From Ilumatobacteraceae bacterium (GTDB taxonomy: Bacteria; Actinomycetota; Acidimicrobiia; Acidimicrobiales; Ilumatobacteraceae): a stretch of DNA of 64,000 nt. Each line of letters opens with the position of its first letter. Position 1 is the stretch's first letter. Below are positions 19,665 through 28,882 of this stretch, piece after piece. The position numbers were made by a program, and so were the translations under genes. Under the pieces are notes generated by a model that was given only the letters and a program-made list of their open reading frames with translations, ran no database searches and was not told the origin of the DNA. The stretch spans positions 46,456 to 110,455 of the forward strand of contig JBBANI010000002.1 of the NCBI GenBank assembly GCA_040402015.1, given 5' to 3'.

Positions 19665-21122
19665 ATGAGCGACAAGCGGATGAGCGACACAGAATCACTG
19701 ATGTGGCGGCTTGAAAAAGACCCATACCTCGCATCCACCTTCGCCAACATCACCATTCTTGACCGGCCGCCGAATATGGATGCGTTGTACGCCCGCATGG
19801 AACGCACATCAATTCTGTTTCCGCGGCTGCGTCGTCGTGTTCTTCCCGCGCCAGGAAATTTTGGGAACCCTACATGGGTCGATGACCCATCTTTTGACAT
19901 TCGCTATCACGTACGCAACATTTCTTTGCCAGAACCTGGCGACATGCGCCAACTACTCGACCTCACTACATTGCTCGTTGCTGATCCATTCGACAGGTCA
20001 CGCCCTCTGTGGCACTTCATTATTGTTGATGGCCTTCGAGGTGGCCGCAGCGCTCTCGTTCAAAAACTGCATCACACCGTTACAGATGGACAAGGTGGAG
20101 TGGAATTATCGCTCCAATATCTCGACCTGCAGCGTGACCCTGCGCCATTACCTCCGATTGATCCCGAGCTTGTCAATGCCGCCCATACTGCTTCTGAGCC
20201 TGATGCGACAGAAGCACTGCGAGGAGCGATGACTGATTCGTTGCGGCTCCCAATAGCTGTCTTGCGCCAAGTGCGCGACGTGTTGTCTGATCCATCACTG
20301 ATTGGAAGCATTGGTTCATCTACCTCGGCAACAGTAAAGGGCCTGATTGCTCAACTCAACGAAGTTGATTCGTCGCGATCACCATTATGGACATCGCGTT
20401 CTTTGCGTCGTCGTCTCGAAACAACTCGCGTGTCGTATTACGACATGCGCGGTGCTGCAAAATCACTAGGCGGAACATTAAACACATCCTTCATCACCGC
20501 CGTTGCACACGCGGCCGGAAAATATCATCGCGAATTGGGAGCACCAGTTGAATCATTGCGTGCATCGATGGCAATCAGCACTCGAAACGAAAATAGTGGC
20601 AGTAACGCCTTCACGCTTGCTCGCATGCTTGTCCCCACTGCAGACATGCCCATTGAAGAACGCTTCTCAGCAATAAACGAAATCCTTGTTGCTGCACGCA
20701 CAGGTGCCGAGTCTTCATCGCTTGAGGCACTAGCCACCGTTTCGGCAGTAGTTCCTACTTCAATCATCACTCGGCTTGCCCGTTCGCAAGCAGAAACAGT
20801 TGATTTTGCTACATCAAACGTGCGTAGCGCCGGAGTGCCCTTGTTTATGGCGGGCTCACAATTGCTTGAGAATTACCCAGTTGGCCCACTGGGCGGTGTT
20901 GCATTCAATGTGACCTTGATGTCCTACATGGGAAGTCTTGACTGCGGTATCAATATTGATGAAGCGGCAGTCGAAAGTCCGTCATTGTTACGTGACTCGC
21001 TGTCAGAAGCTTTTACAGAATTATCTGCATTCGCACCTGAGCGCGAGAAAACTACATCGACCTCACAGGCCGACGATGGCGCTACTAAACGGCAGCGACG
21101 GTGGTGGCGACGCTCGCAGTGA
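19665..21122 (+). CDS. wax ester synthase/diacylglycerol acyltransferase (WS/DGAT)
   Basis: 485 aa with the active-site HHTVTDGQGG (HHxxxDG) motif. Confidence 0.85.
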   Translation: MSDKRMSDTESLMWRLEKDPYLASTFANITILDRPPNMDALYARMERTSILFPRLRRRVLPAPGNFGNPTWVDDPSFDIRYHVRNISLPEPGDMRQLLDLTTLLVADPFDRSRPLWHFIIVDGLRGGRSALVQKLHHTVTDGQGGVELSLQYLDLQRDPAPLPPIDPELVNAAHTASEPDATEALRGAMTDSLRLPIAVLRQVRDVLSDPSLIGSIGSSTSATVKGLIAQLNEVDSSRSPLWTSRSLRRRLETTRVSYYDMRGAAKSLGGTLNTSFITAVAHAAGKYHRELGAPVESLRASMAISTRNENSGSNAFTLARMLVPTADMPIEERFSAINEILVAARTGAESSSLEALATVSAVVPTSIITRLARSQAETVDFATSNVRSAGVPLFMAGSQLLENYPVGPLGGVAFNVTLMSYMGSLDCGINIDEAAVESPSLLRDSLSEAFTELSAFAPEREKTTSTSQADDGATKRQRRWWRRSQ

Positions 21123-21255
21123 GCAAACCACGAAGGTCGAGCAACAAGTCGCCCACTTCAACAGCTGATACCAATTCACGTCGCAACATTTCTGCGAGTG
21201 CTTTGTCAATGACGGCAAGCGCCTCTGTGATCACTGTTTCGTGAGTATCGATCAT
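21085..21255 (-). CDS. small hypothetical protein (56 aa), helical
   Basis: The ATG at 21255 is preceded by GAGAGGAG. The ORF overlaps the WS/DGAT 3' end by 38 nt. I recognise no family, so this is weak. Confidence 0.3.
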   Translation of the reverse strand: MIDTHETVITEALAVIDKALAEMLRRELVSAVEVGDLLLDLRGLLTASVATTVAAV

Positions 21256-21401
21256 GTGTTGCTCCTCTCGGTGTCGAACGGATTGCCCGATTTCTCGGTC
21301 CCGCTCGATATAACCATCGTACAGTTGGCGTGACCCAACAAGTGTGCACTTAGGCACCTCTGGTGCATTTCAGCCGTGACTCGTGCCATAAGGTCTGTTT
21401 T

Positions 21402-22217
21402 ATGAATTTTGAGGGCAAGACCACCGTAGTAACAGGCGCAGCAAACGGAATTGGTGCCGCCCTGGCGCGCCGATTCCATGCAGCGGGCGCTCGTGTAGTA
21501 GTCGCAGACCGCGATGCGAAAAATCTTGAGGCGATCGAGAAGGAACTAAATTCCATCCGACCAGACAGCGCATTCGCTGTGGTGGCAGATATCGGGACTG
21601 AAGCTGGCAACGTTGCACTGATAGATGCAGCTCGCGCAAAGTTCGGCTTTATTGATTTGTTCTACGCGAATGCCGGCGTGGGAATGGGAACTGATCTTGA
21701 ATCAACTGATGAAGAAACGTGGAATACCGCGATGGACATCAACCTGCATTCGCATAGATGGGCTGCTAAGCATCTCATTGGCGAATGGTTGGCTGCTGGT
21801 GAAGGGTACTTCTGCAGCACAGCATCTGCAGCTGGCTTATTGTCACAAATTGGAAGTGGCCCGTACAGCGTGACGAAGCACGGTGCAGTTGCCTTTGCGG
21901 AATGGCTGTCAATCACCTACGGCGATCGTGGCGTTCGTGTGACAACGCTGTGTCCTCAAGGCGTGAACACCAACATGTTGAACCCGCCCGATGCACAAAA
22001 AGGCATCGGCAATACAGACGGCGGCAGTGCCGTCAAAGCTTCCGGAGCCGTTCTGGAACCAGCCGAAGTGGCAGACATTGTGCACGACACCATCGTTGCT
22101 GAGAAGTTCTTAGTAATGCCGCACCCCGAAGTACATACGTACGAAAAGCGCAAAGTAGACGACCGTGACCGTTGGTTGTCTGGCATGCGACGCCTGCAAG
22201 CACGCGTCGGCGGCTGA
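21402..22217 (+). CDS. short-chain dehydrogenase/reductase
   Basis: TGAANGIG, NAG, and YSVTK (YxxxK). ATG at 21402 (MNFEGKTTVV). Confidence 0.85.
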   Translation: MNFEGKTTVVTGAANGIGAALARRFHAAGARVVVADRDAKNLEAIEKELNSIRPDSAFAVVADIGTEAGNVALIDAARAKFGFIDLFYANAGVGMGTDLESTDEETWNTAMDINLHSHRWAAKHLIGEWLAAGEGYFCSTASAAGLLSQIGSGPYSVTKHGAVAFAEWLSITYGDRGVRVTTLCPQGVNTNMLNPPDAQKGIGNTDGGSAVKASGAVLEPAEVADIVHDTIVAEKFLVMPHPEVHTYEKRKVDDRDRWLSGMRRLQARVGG

Positions 22218-22251
22218 TAATTCAGCCACTCTGTTGTTCTAGGGTTTTACC

Positions 22252-23277
22252 ATGGCAGTACGACTAGACCCAGCAGACGAATACATGCACGAACTCGGCC
22301 CAGAGTCGAACTTCAACGAAAGCATGTACATCAATTGTTTCGACCCGACAACACAAGTGGGCGGATGGTTTCGCATGGGCAACCGTGCAAACGAGGGGTA
22401 CGCAGAAATGACCATCTGTATCTATTTGCCAAATGGTCGTGTTGGTTTCATGTTCAAACGCCCGAACATTGACAACAACGATGCTCTTGACGCTGGTGGT
22501 CTCACGTGGACCATGGTGAAGCCGTTTGAAGAACTACGCATTGACTACGTCGGCAAAGTTGTCGTGCTGGATGACCCGCACGACATGGCAGATCCGAAAA
22601 AGGCATTTGCAAATAATCCGTTTGCGGAATGTGAAGCACACATCACGTTTACCGGCCAAGGCAAGCCCAGCATGTTTGGTGGCGAGCCAGATGTGCCACA
22701 CGAAACACCTGGTGAAGAATTCGCTAAAGGCCACTACGAACAACTTGTCGCAGCAACAGGTTCTATTCGTGTAGGCGATGAAGAATTCGCCATCAATGGT
22801 TTCGGATTGCGTGACCATTCGTGGGGTCCACGCTTCTGGCAAGCACCGTGGTACTACCGCTGGCTCACTGCAAACTTCGGTGAAAACCTTGGCTTCATGG
22901 CAAGCCGTGTCGCAAAGAAAGACGCAGCCGGATCTCGTGGTGGTTTTGTTTGGGACAATGGTCAGATTCACCTGTGTGATGACGTACAAATTTCAACAGT
23001 CACAGTTGGTGAAGACAACTACCACGACACGGTGACCGGCGTTATTAAGTCTTCAAAGTCAAACAAAGAGTGGAACTTCGAAGGCGAAGTCACAAGCCTC
23101 ATTCCCCTGCGTAATCGACGCCAAGACCCCGATGGCAATTGGTTAATGACCCGCATTAGCGAGGGCATGACCAAGTGGCGTATCACTTCTGGGGAACATG
23201 AAGGCGCAACTGGCTTTGGCATGTCGGAATATCTCGACCAAATTATCGACGATGCACCCGTAGGTATTGCCGAGTAG
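22252..23277 (+). CDS. conserved hypothetical beta-rich protein of unknown function
   Basis: 341 aa with no signal peptide. Motif GFGLRDHSWGPRFW. I cannot name the family with confidence. Confidence 0.6.
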   Translation: MAVRLDPADEYMHELGPESNFNESMYINCFDPTTQVGGWFRMGNRANEGYAEMTICIYLPNGRVGFMFKRPNIDNNDALDAGGLTWTMVKPFEELRIDYVGKVVVLDDPHDMADPKKAFANNPFAECEAHITFTGQGKPSMFGGEPDVPHETPGEEFAKGHYEQLVAATGSIRVGDEEFAINGFGLRDHSWGPRFWQAPWYYRWLTANFGENLGFMASRVAKKDAAGSRGGFVWDNGQIHLCDDVQISTVTVGEDNYHDTVTGVIKSSKSNKEWNFEGEVTSLIPLRNRRQDPDGNWLMTRISEGMTKWRITSGEHEGATGFGMSEYLDQIIDDAPVGIAE

Positions 23278-23326
23278 CAACTCGCTACCCACAATCGTTG
23301 ACACATTAGGTGGGTACTGTGCGGAT

Positions 23327-26300
23327 ATGCGCATTCCCCGTTTAGTTCTAGCTCTTCTTCTGGTCGGCACACCTGTTGCTGCCGTGGTTGCAACATCGTC
23401 AGTTGCCTTGGCAGATCCGTTCACATATTCAAGTGTCGACATCGGCAACTCTGCTGTGTGTGCCGTGACAACAGACGGACAAGGACTGTGCTGGGGAAAC
23501 AATCGCGACGAATACCTCATTGCTTCATCGACTGAACTCAACGTAACCACTCCCACAAAAGTGCCACTGCCGAACAATGATCGATTCGTCACGCTCGATG
23601 GTGGAGCCAATCGCACGTGGTGTGGATTAGCTGTGTCCGGAAAGGTGTACTGCTGGGGCGATCACCACATCGGAAGTTATTTCACTGCTACTTCTCGCAC
23701 ACCTGTTGCTGTTGAATTTCCGCACGCAATGACAATCACGGAAGTGCATAGCGGCTACAGCAATGGTTGCGCATTGAACACAGCCGGTGAACTGTGGTGT
23801 TGGGGAGACATTCTTGAATCCGGAAGCGGACAAACAGAACCAATTCGAACACCAGTGAAAGTCGCAATTCCTAATGGCGAGCGTGTGGTCAATTTTGATA
23901 ATGGCGGTGCTTCATGCGCTGTTACTGATCTTGGAAATATCTATTGCTGGGGTCATTCAAACGGTGAGGGTCAATTAGGTGTCGGATACGTCAACAATTT
24001 TGCGTATGCAGTGTCGGTCACCCCGCTGAAAGTTCTTGGGCCTGCTGATGTTCAGTTCGCTTCGGTCACAACAGGACTAGAACACTCATGTGCTCTGTCG
24101 ACCGAAGGCAAGGGGTATTGCTGGGGAGACAACTACGCGGGTCTCTACGGAAATGACTCCTACGCCGATAGTTGGGTGCCCACACCAATGATCGTGCCCA
24201 ACGATGAAAGACTTATCCATGTTTCAACTGGCTGGTATCACACGTGTGTTCTCACTATCTCCGGCAAAACTTGGTGCATGGGCAGGGGCGATTTTGGTGA
24301 ATTAGGCACTGGCACCACACTTGGCGGCAAAACCTACCGCACTCCCTTAGTCCCATCAGGCACTGAATTCACCACCATTAGCGCAGCGCTGGGCACCACA
24401 TGTGCAATAGACCAACTTGACAAAGTCTGGTGTTGGGGCGGGCTGAACTGGGGAACAAACGGAAATGGGAAACTTGAAGCGTCGCTATTTCCTGCCGTCA
24501 TCTCACCCGTCGGCACTCCAACTGTCTCTCTTGGTTCCACCATAAATATTGATGCAGAAACTGCAACCGTTCGCGGCATAGTAAACGCGAACGGATTTGC
24601 CACGCGAATGACAGTGGAATATTCAACTTCACCAAACTTTACTTCTTCGACCAGCGTCTCTGTCTTCACAGTGTTGCGTGACGGCAATTACTCTTCAGTC
24701 GCTATTCCCACAGACCTCATTGCACTCGCGCCGCGTACTACTTTTTACACACGGATGACTGCGACCAATACATTTGGCTCAACGGTCAGCAATATCGTTT
24801 CCTTCACCACTCTTGGCACCGAACCAGCTGTCTCTGATCTGAGTATTTCCGACATCACTGGCAACGAAGCAAACATTTCGGTTTCTGTGAACCCTGGCCG
24901 GTTATACACCGCATCAGTTCTTGAATACTCGACCGACCACATGTTCATCACGCGTGTCACCACAGTTTCACTTGGTTCGACCAGAGGGTCCGATACTCAG
25001 ACTCTCAGCACATCACTCTCCCACCTTCGCGCCCGCACTACGTATTACACACGAGTGACTTGTACCAACCGACTGGGAAGTACTACGTCAAGTACTGAAT
25101 CATTCACCACCATCGGAGACCTTCCCCGCGCGGTACTTTCTTCAGTCGAGAGTTCACTCACGTCAATTTCTGCAAGTGTCACAGTCGACACCGGACTTTT
25201 GTCAGGAACGGTGCACCTAGAAGCGTCAACCAATCGCAGCTTTGAAGATTCATCTTTCTCCACTGTCAGCACTTTTGTCAGCGGCGGCCCCACCCGGCAT
25301 TCAATTACAGTCTCTGGTCTGACTAATCGCACTGATTACTTCATTCGTGCGATAGCGACTAATGAGCTCGGGTCATTCACAACTGCAATACAAAGCGTGC
25401 GAACAACTGGAGGAATTCCAGTAATTAGTCACGTCACAATCACGCCGTCAACCAGCACTGCTTCATTATCCGCTTCATTATCTGTTTCAATCGACACCAC
25501 TGGCCTTGACACTTTTATTACTGCAGAAGTTTCTACACATCAAGACTTGTCAGATGCCACAGAGTATTTCTTGTATTCGGGAACAAACAGTGGCGAGTAC
25601 AGAGCCACACTAAAGAATCTTGTCCCACGAGTCACCTATTTCCTTCGAGTGACCGCCACTAACGATTCTGGCACCGTGCTGAGTGCGGTCAAAACCTTCT
25701 CAGCAGTCACACCCGTTGGCGTCGTCATCAATGATGACGACGAATCTGCTCAATCACCAGGCGTGGTGCTGTCGTTCACGACACCAGTTCGAACATCTGC
25801 AATTCGCATCTCCAATTACGCCGACTTCTCTCGCGCACGAGTCATTCCCACCACAACACAAGTTGCTTGGCAATTGCTCGAACCCACAGGATCACGTTCC
25901 ACGCGCACCGTATGGGTGCAGTTCATCTCGGCCGAAGGAACCGTGACTCAATACTCCGACTCGATTGAGGTCCTCGTGGATGAGCCAGATCCCACACCAC
26001 CAACAACGACTACAACAACTGTTCCGACAGTCGCAACAAGTACAACCACAACTACCACCACAACAACAACCACAGTTCCTGACATAACCGTCGCTCGTAG
26101 TTTCTCTGCGAGTCAGCCGGTTGTCATTGCTACTTCGTCTGCACCAGTTCGTAGCGCAACCGTGATGGCGCGACAGACACAGTTGAATATTGTACGAATT
26201 CAAACCAAGATTGGTAAGAAGATTTCGACACGCACTGTCGTTGCTACGAAGCTTGGCAAGTACGTCATCGTCTTTCCTAAGGGAATCACTTCAATGAACG

Positions 26301-26359
26301 TTCGTTTCGTTAGCAAGTCCGGTTTGGTATCTGCCTGGTCACGCATCGCGGCACCATAG
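23327..26359 (+). CDS. secreted multidomain protein: 7-blade RCC1-like beta-propeller, four FN3-like 100-aa repeats, Thr/Pro linker, C-terminal domain
   Basis: Signal peptide MRIPRLVLALLLVGTPVAAVVATSSVALA. Seven recurrences of the RCC1 blade signature (LCWGNN, YCWGDH, WCWGD, YCWGHSNGEGQLG, YCWGDNYAGLYG, WCMGRGDFGELG, WCWGG). The repeats are described as a separate feature. Confidence 0.8.
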   Translation: MRIPRLVLALLLVGTPVAAVVATSSVALADPFTYSSVDIGNSAVCAVTTDGQGLCWGNNRDEYLIASSTELNVTTPTKVPLPNNDRFVTLDGGANRTWCGLAVSGKVYCWGDHHIGSYFTATSRTPVAVEFPHAMTITEVHSGYSNGCALNTAGELWCWGDILESGSGQTEPIRTPVKVAIPNGERVVNFDNGGASCAVTDLGNIYCWGHSNGEGQLGVGYVNNFAYAVSVTPLKVLGPADVQFASVTTGLEHSCALSTEGKGYCWGDNYAGLYGNDSYADSWVPTPMIVPNDERLIHVSTGWYHTCVLTISGKTWCMGRGDFGELGTGTTLGGKTYRTPLVPSGTEFTTISAALGTTCAIDQLDKVWCWGGLNWGTNGNGKLEASLFPAVISPVGTPTVSLGSTINIDAETATVRGIVNANGFATRMTVEYSTSPNFTSSTSVSVFTVLRDGNYSSVAIPTDLIALAPRTTFYTRMTATNTFGSTVSNIVSFTTLGTEPAVSDLSISDITGNEANISVSVNPGRLYTASVLEYSTDHMFITRVTTVSLGSTRGSDTQTLSTSLSHLRARTTYYTRVTCTNRLGSTTSSTESFTTIGDLPRAVLSSVESSLTSISASVTVDTGLLSGTVHLEASTNRSFEDSSFSTVSTFVSGGPTRHSITVSGLTNRTDYFIRAIATNELGSFTTAIQSVRTTGGIPVISHVTITPSTSTASLSASLSVSIDTTGLDTFITAEVSTHQDLSDATEYFLYSGTNSGEYRATLKNLVPRVTYFLRVTATNDSGTVLSAVKTFSAVTPVGVVINDDDESAQSPGVVLSFTTPVRTSAIRISNYADFSRARVIPTTTQVAWQLLEPTGSRSTRTVWVQFISAEGTVTQYSDSIEVLVDEPDPTPPTTTTTTVPTVATSTTTTTTTTTTTVPDITVARSFSASQPVVIATSSAPVRSATVMARQTQLNIVRIQTKIGKKISTRTVVATKLGKYVIVFPKGITSMNVRFVSKSGLVSAWSRIAAP
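24515..25710 (+). repeat. four tandem ~100-codon protein repeats (FN3-like) inside the RCC1 protein
   Basis: Repeat units start near 24515, 24815, 25115 and 25409. Each ends in a motif like T.YYTR(V/M)TATN..GST.S...SFTT.G (YTRMTATNTFGST, YTRVTCTNRLGST, FIRAIATNELGSF, FLRVTATNDSGTV). The similarity is at protein level only. Confidence 0.7.
25987..26083 (+). repeat. Thr/Pro-rich low-complexity tract (includes 11 consecutive Thr)
   Basis: PDPTPPTTTTTTVPTVATSTTTTTTTTTTTVPD, encoded by mixed ACA/ACC/ACT/ACG codons. Confidence 0.9.
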
Positions 26360-26372
26360 CTGTCTCTTGCGG

Positions 26373-27104
26373 TCAGTTATTTGCAGTGCGATTCAGGAAT
26401 TGAGCTGCAACATCGGCACTGCCAATCACTTCAAGAGACGACATAGGAATTCTTCGCCACAGGCCCAACAAGAGCGAGGACGCTGAACCGCGGATTGCGC
26501 AGTCCCCTTTTGAATGTTCGCGTGTCACAACAACATCTGATGTGTCAGTCGGAACAATCAACCATTCACCGTCTACATCGGTGCAATGAATATGCACAGA
26601 GCCAGTGAGAGGGCCTTCCTCATCACGCATGTTGCTCATCACCATCACATGCACGAACTCATCAATTCCGTCACTCGCTAGCGAGGCATCAATTTCAGCG
26701 GTAATGCCAGCTGCGCGGTGCGCATCCCATGCATGCACAGCAGTCTCGTGTGCCATACGACGAATTACCCACGCGACATTCTGAATGCCAGCCCATGTCC
26801 AGCATGAACGCACAGGATCATTAGAAGACATCACCCTCATCAATTCATCAAGTCCGGCGCGGTACTCAGTCAGCAAATCTTTGTCAGCTGGCTTCGAACG
26901 TGGCACGTAGTCATCAGGATCCATGAGGTGACTCTTCACGATGAATGTCCATGAGTAATGCACTTCAATCATGTGCCACAACAAGTCTGTACCCACCCAG
27001 GGTTCACACGATGCGATTGATGTACTCATTGCCGTCGTTATGGAATCAGCAAACGCGTCACCCTCACGTCGCAAGATCGCGAGGTATTCAACAGTGGTCG
27101 GCAT
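26373..27104 (-). CDS. DinB/mycothiol-dependent maleylpyruvate isomerase (MDMPI) N-terminal-domain family protein
   Basis: 243 aa. The N-terminus LAILRREGDAFADSI..W.G.DLLWH and the later H..ETAVHAWD are typical of the actinobacterial DinB-like metal-binding fold. Confidence 0.7.
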   Translation of the reverse strand: MPTTVEYLAILRREGDAFADSITTAMSTSIASCEPWVGTDLLWHMIEVHYSWTFIVKSHLMDPDDYVPRSKPADKDLLTEYRAGLDELMRVMSSNDPVRSCWTWAGIQNVAWVIRRMAHETAVHAWDAHRAAGITAEIDASLASDGIDEFVHVMVMSNMRDEEGPLTGSVHIHCTDVDGEWLIVPTDTSDVVVTREHSKGDCAIRGSASSLLLGLWRRIPMSSLEVIGSADVAAQFLNRTANN

Positions 27105-27120
27105 AATTCAGCGAGATGAA

Positions 27121-28011
27121 TTAGATCGCGCGAGTGGCATCAGCCAGTTCTTGCCACTGCTTCATCGGCAACGTACCAGGGGCATCAGTAAGTACTTGCA
27201 CACATACATGGTCTGCACCGGAATCAAGATGGGCCTTAATGCGAGAAGTGATCTGTTCAGTTGTTCCCCATGCAACGATTGCATCAACAACGCGGTCTTC
27301 TTGATTTTGCACTTCATCTGCGGTGAAACCCATACGCACAAGGTTGTTTACATAGTTCGGCAAACGTGTGTACGTTTTCATGTGCTGGCGAGCAATAGCG
27401 CGCGCTTTCGTAGGGTCTGTTTCAAAGACCACAGCTTGTTCTGGTGCCAACAATGCATCGGCTCCCATGACGCCACGGGCCATTGCTGTGTGTTCAACGG
27501 GAATGAAATACGGGTGCGCCCCGACACAACGTTCTGCGGCAAGTTTCAACATCTTTGGTCCAAGCGCAGCAAGAACGCGTTGTGGCGGAGTGCTGGGTGC
27601 TGGCGAGAAGAAAATGCCGGCGTCCATGACATCGAGATATTCAACCATTGTGGAATACGGCTTGTCGTAGTTACCTTTGTGCGCGCCATTGACCATTGGA
27701 GCATGACTAACACCCATTCCCAACAAGAAACGATCTGGGAATGCTTCGGTAACAGTCTTCCAACCGGCTTGCATTGTTTGCGCTGTACGAGCGTGGATAC
27801 TTGCAATTCCAGTAGCCAAAATCATGTTCTTGGTTGCGGACAACAACAGCGATGTTGATGCAAATGGTTCGCGCAAGACAGCTTCGGGAACCCACACAGT
27901 GCCGAAACCCATAGTTTCTAGTTGGGCGATTGCTTCCTGCGCTTTCGCCATTGGTTGCAGGTCAAGTTCTGCAGTCCATATTCCGACTCGTCCGAGATTT
28001 ATTGTGCTCAT
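27121..28011 (-). CDS. LLM-class F420-dependent oxidoreductase
   Basis: MSTINLGRVGIWT.. and GMGVSH are LLM patterns. The ATG at 28011 avoids overlap with nudC. Confidence 0.8.
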   Translation of the reverse strand: MSTINLGRVGIWTAELDLQPMAKAQEAIAQLETMGFGTVWVPEAVLREPFASTSLLLSATKNMILATGIASIHARTAQTMQAGWKTVTEAFPDRFLLGMGVSHAPMVNGAHKGNYDKPYSTMVEYLDVMDAGIFFSPAPSTPPQRVLAALGPKMLKLAAERCVGAHPYFIPVEHTAMARGVMGADALLAPEQAVVFETDPTKARAIARQHMKTYTRLPNYVNNLVRMGFTADEVQNQEDRVVDAIVAWGTTEQITSRIKAHLDSGADHVCVQVLTDAPGTLPMKQWQELADATRAI

Positions 28012-28046
28012 GGCCAGAACGCTAGAGGATTCCTCCGTCAGAATCG

Positions 28047-28838
28047 TTAGCGCTGCAACAGCCACTCATCAATTAGTCGGCGTGCAATAGAGATAGAACC
28101 AGGAATCATGGGCAATTCGTCCCTGCTGTACCAGTTGGCATCAGCTATTTCTGTTGTGTCACAGACGATGTCACCAGAGACGTAGCTCGCCCGAAATCCC
28201 AACATCAGCGAATTCGGGAACGGCCATGGCTGGCTAGCCACGTATTCAATGTTGTCGACAACGATGCCCACTTCTTCTTCCACTTCACGGGCAACTGCTT
28301 GTTCAAGGTTCTCCCCTGGTTCAACAAACCCAGCGAGACACGAATACAGCGGCATGGGGAAATTGGTACCGCGTGCAAGCAGCGCCTGTTGGTCATCACC
28401 CTCGCCACGCGTCACGAGCGTGATGATGGCGGGCGACAGTCGGGGAAACTGCATCAGTGAACACGCAGGACAGCGAAATGCTCGCTCGTTGTGAGCAAGT
28501 TCTGTTGGCTCGCCACATCTGCCACAAAAACGATGTGTGCGCGCCCATTCAATCAGTTGCACTGCGCGGCCAGCTACTGCCCATTCGGTATTGCTGACTC
28601 GGGCGAACAAGGAATACAAATCTGTCTCGGCGCCGTACCCAGGATCTTCGCCGCGAGGCACGTCAATTCCCCAGCAGGCAACATCGCCGTGCATACCCAG
28701 AAAGTGACTGGTCCATGACTCCTCAGCTGGCCGATCATCAATAAACACCTTCGTGCCGACCACGTGGATATAGCGATGTTCAATAGCCGAATCGGCGACA
28801 ATCAGTGACGGGCGAAAGGGGGAATCGTGCTGGCTCAT
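28047..28838 (-). CDS. nudC: NAD+ diphosphatase / NAD-cap decapping Nudix hydrolase
   Basis: Zinc ribbon CGRCG..x..CPAC followed by the Nudix box GFVEPGENLEQAVAREVEEEVG. I prefer the ATG at 28838 (MSQHDSPF). Confidence 0.85.
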   Translation of the reverse strand: MSQHDSPFRPSLIVADSAIEHRYIHVVGTKVFIDDRPAEESWTSHFLGMHGDVACWGIDVPRGEDPGYGAETDLYSLFARVSNTEWAVAGRAVQLIEWARTHRFCGRCGEPTELAHNERAFRCPACSLMQFPRLSPAIITLVTRGEGDDQQALLARGTNFPMPLYSCLAGFVEPGENLEQAVAREVEEEVGIVVDNIEYVASQPWPFPNSLMLGFRASYVSGDIVCDTTEIADANWYSRDELPMIPGSISIARRLIDEWLLQR

Positions 28839-28882
28839 TGCCCACTGACGGTAGTGCGTTTGGCGCTGTCTAGGATGACCAA

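Noticed and set aside
26971-27858. 295-aa plus-strand ORF, Cys/His/Arg-rich
   Set aside because: It lies antisense to the DinB-like and LLM oxidoreductase genes, both of which carry recognisable family motifs. It has no motif of its own.
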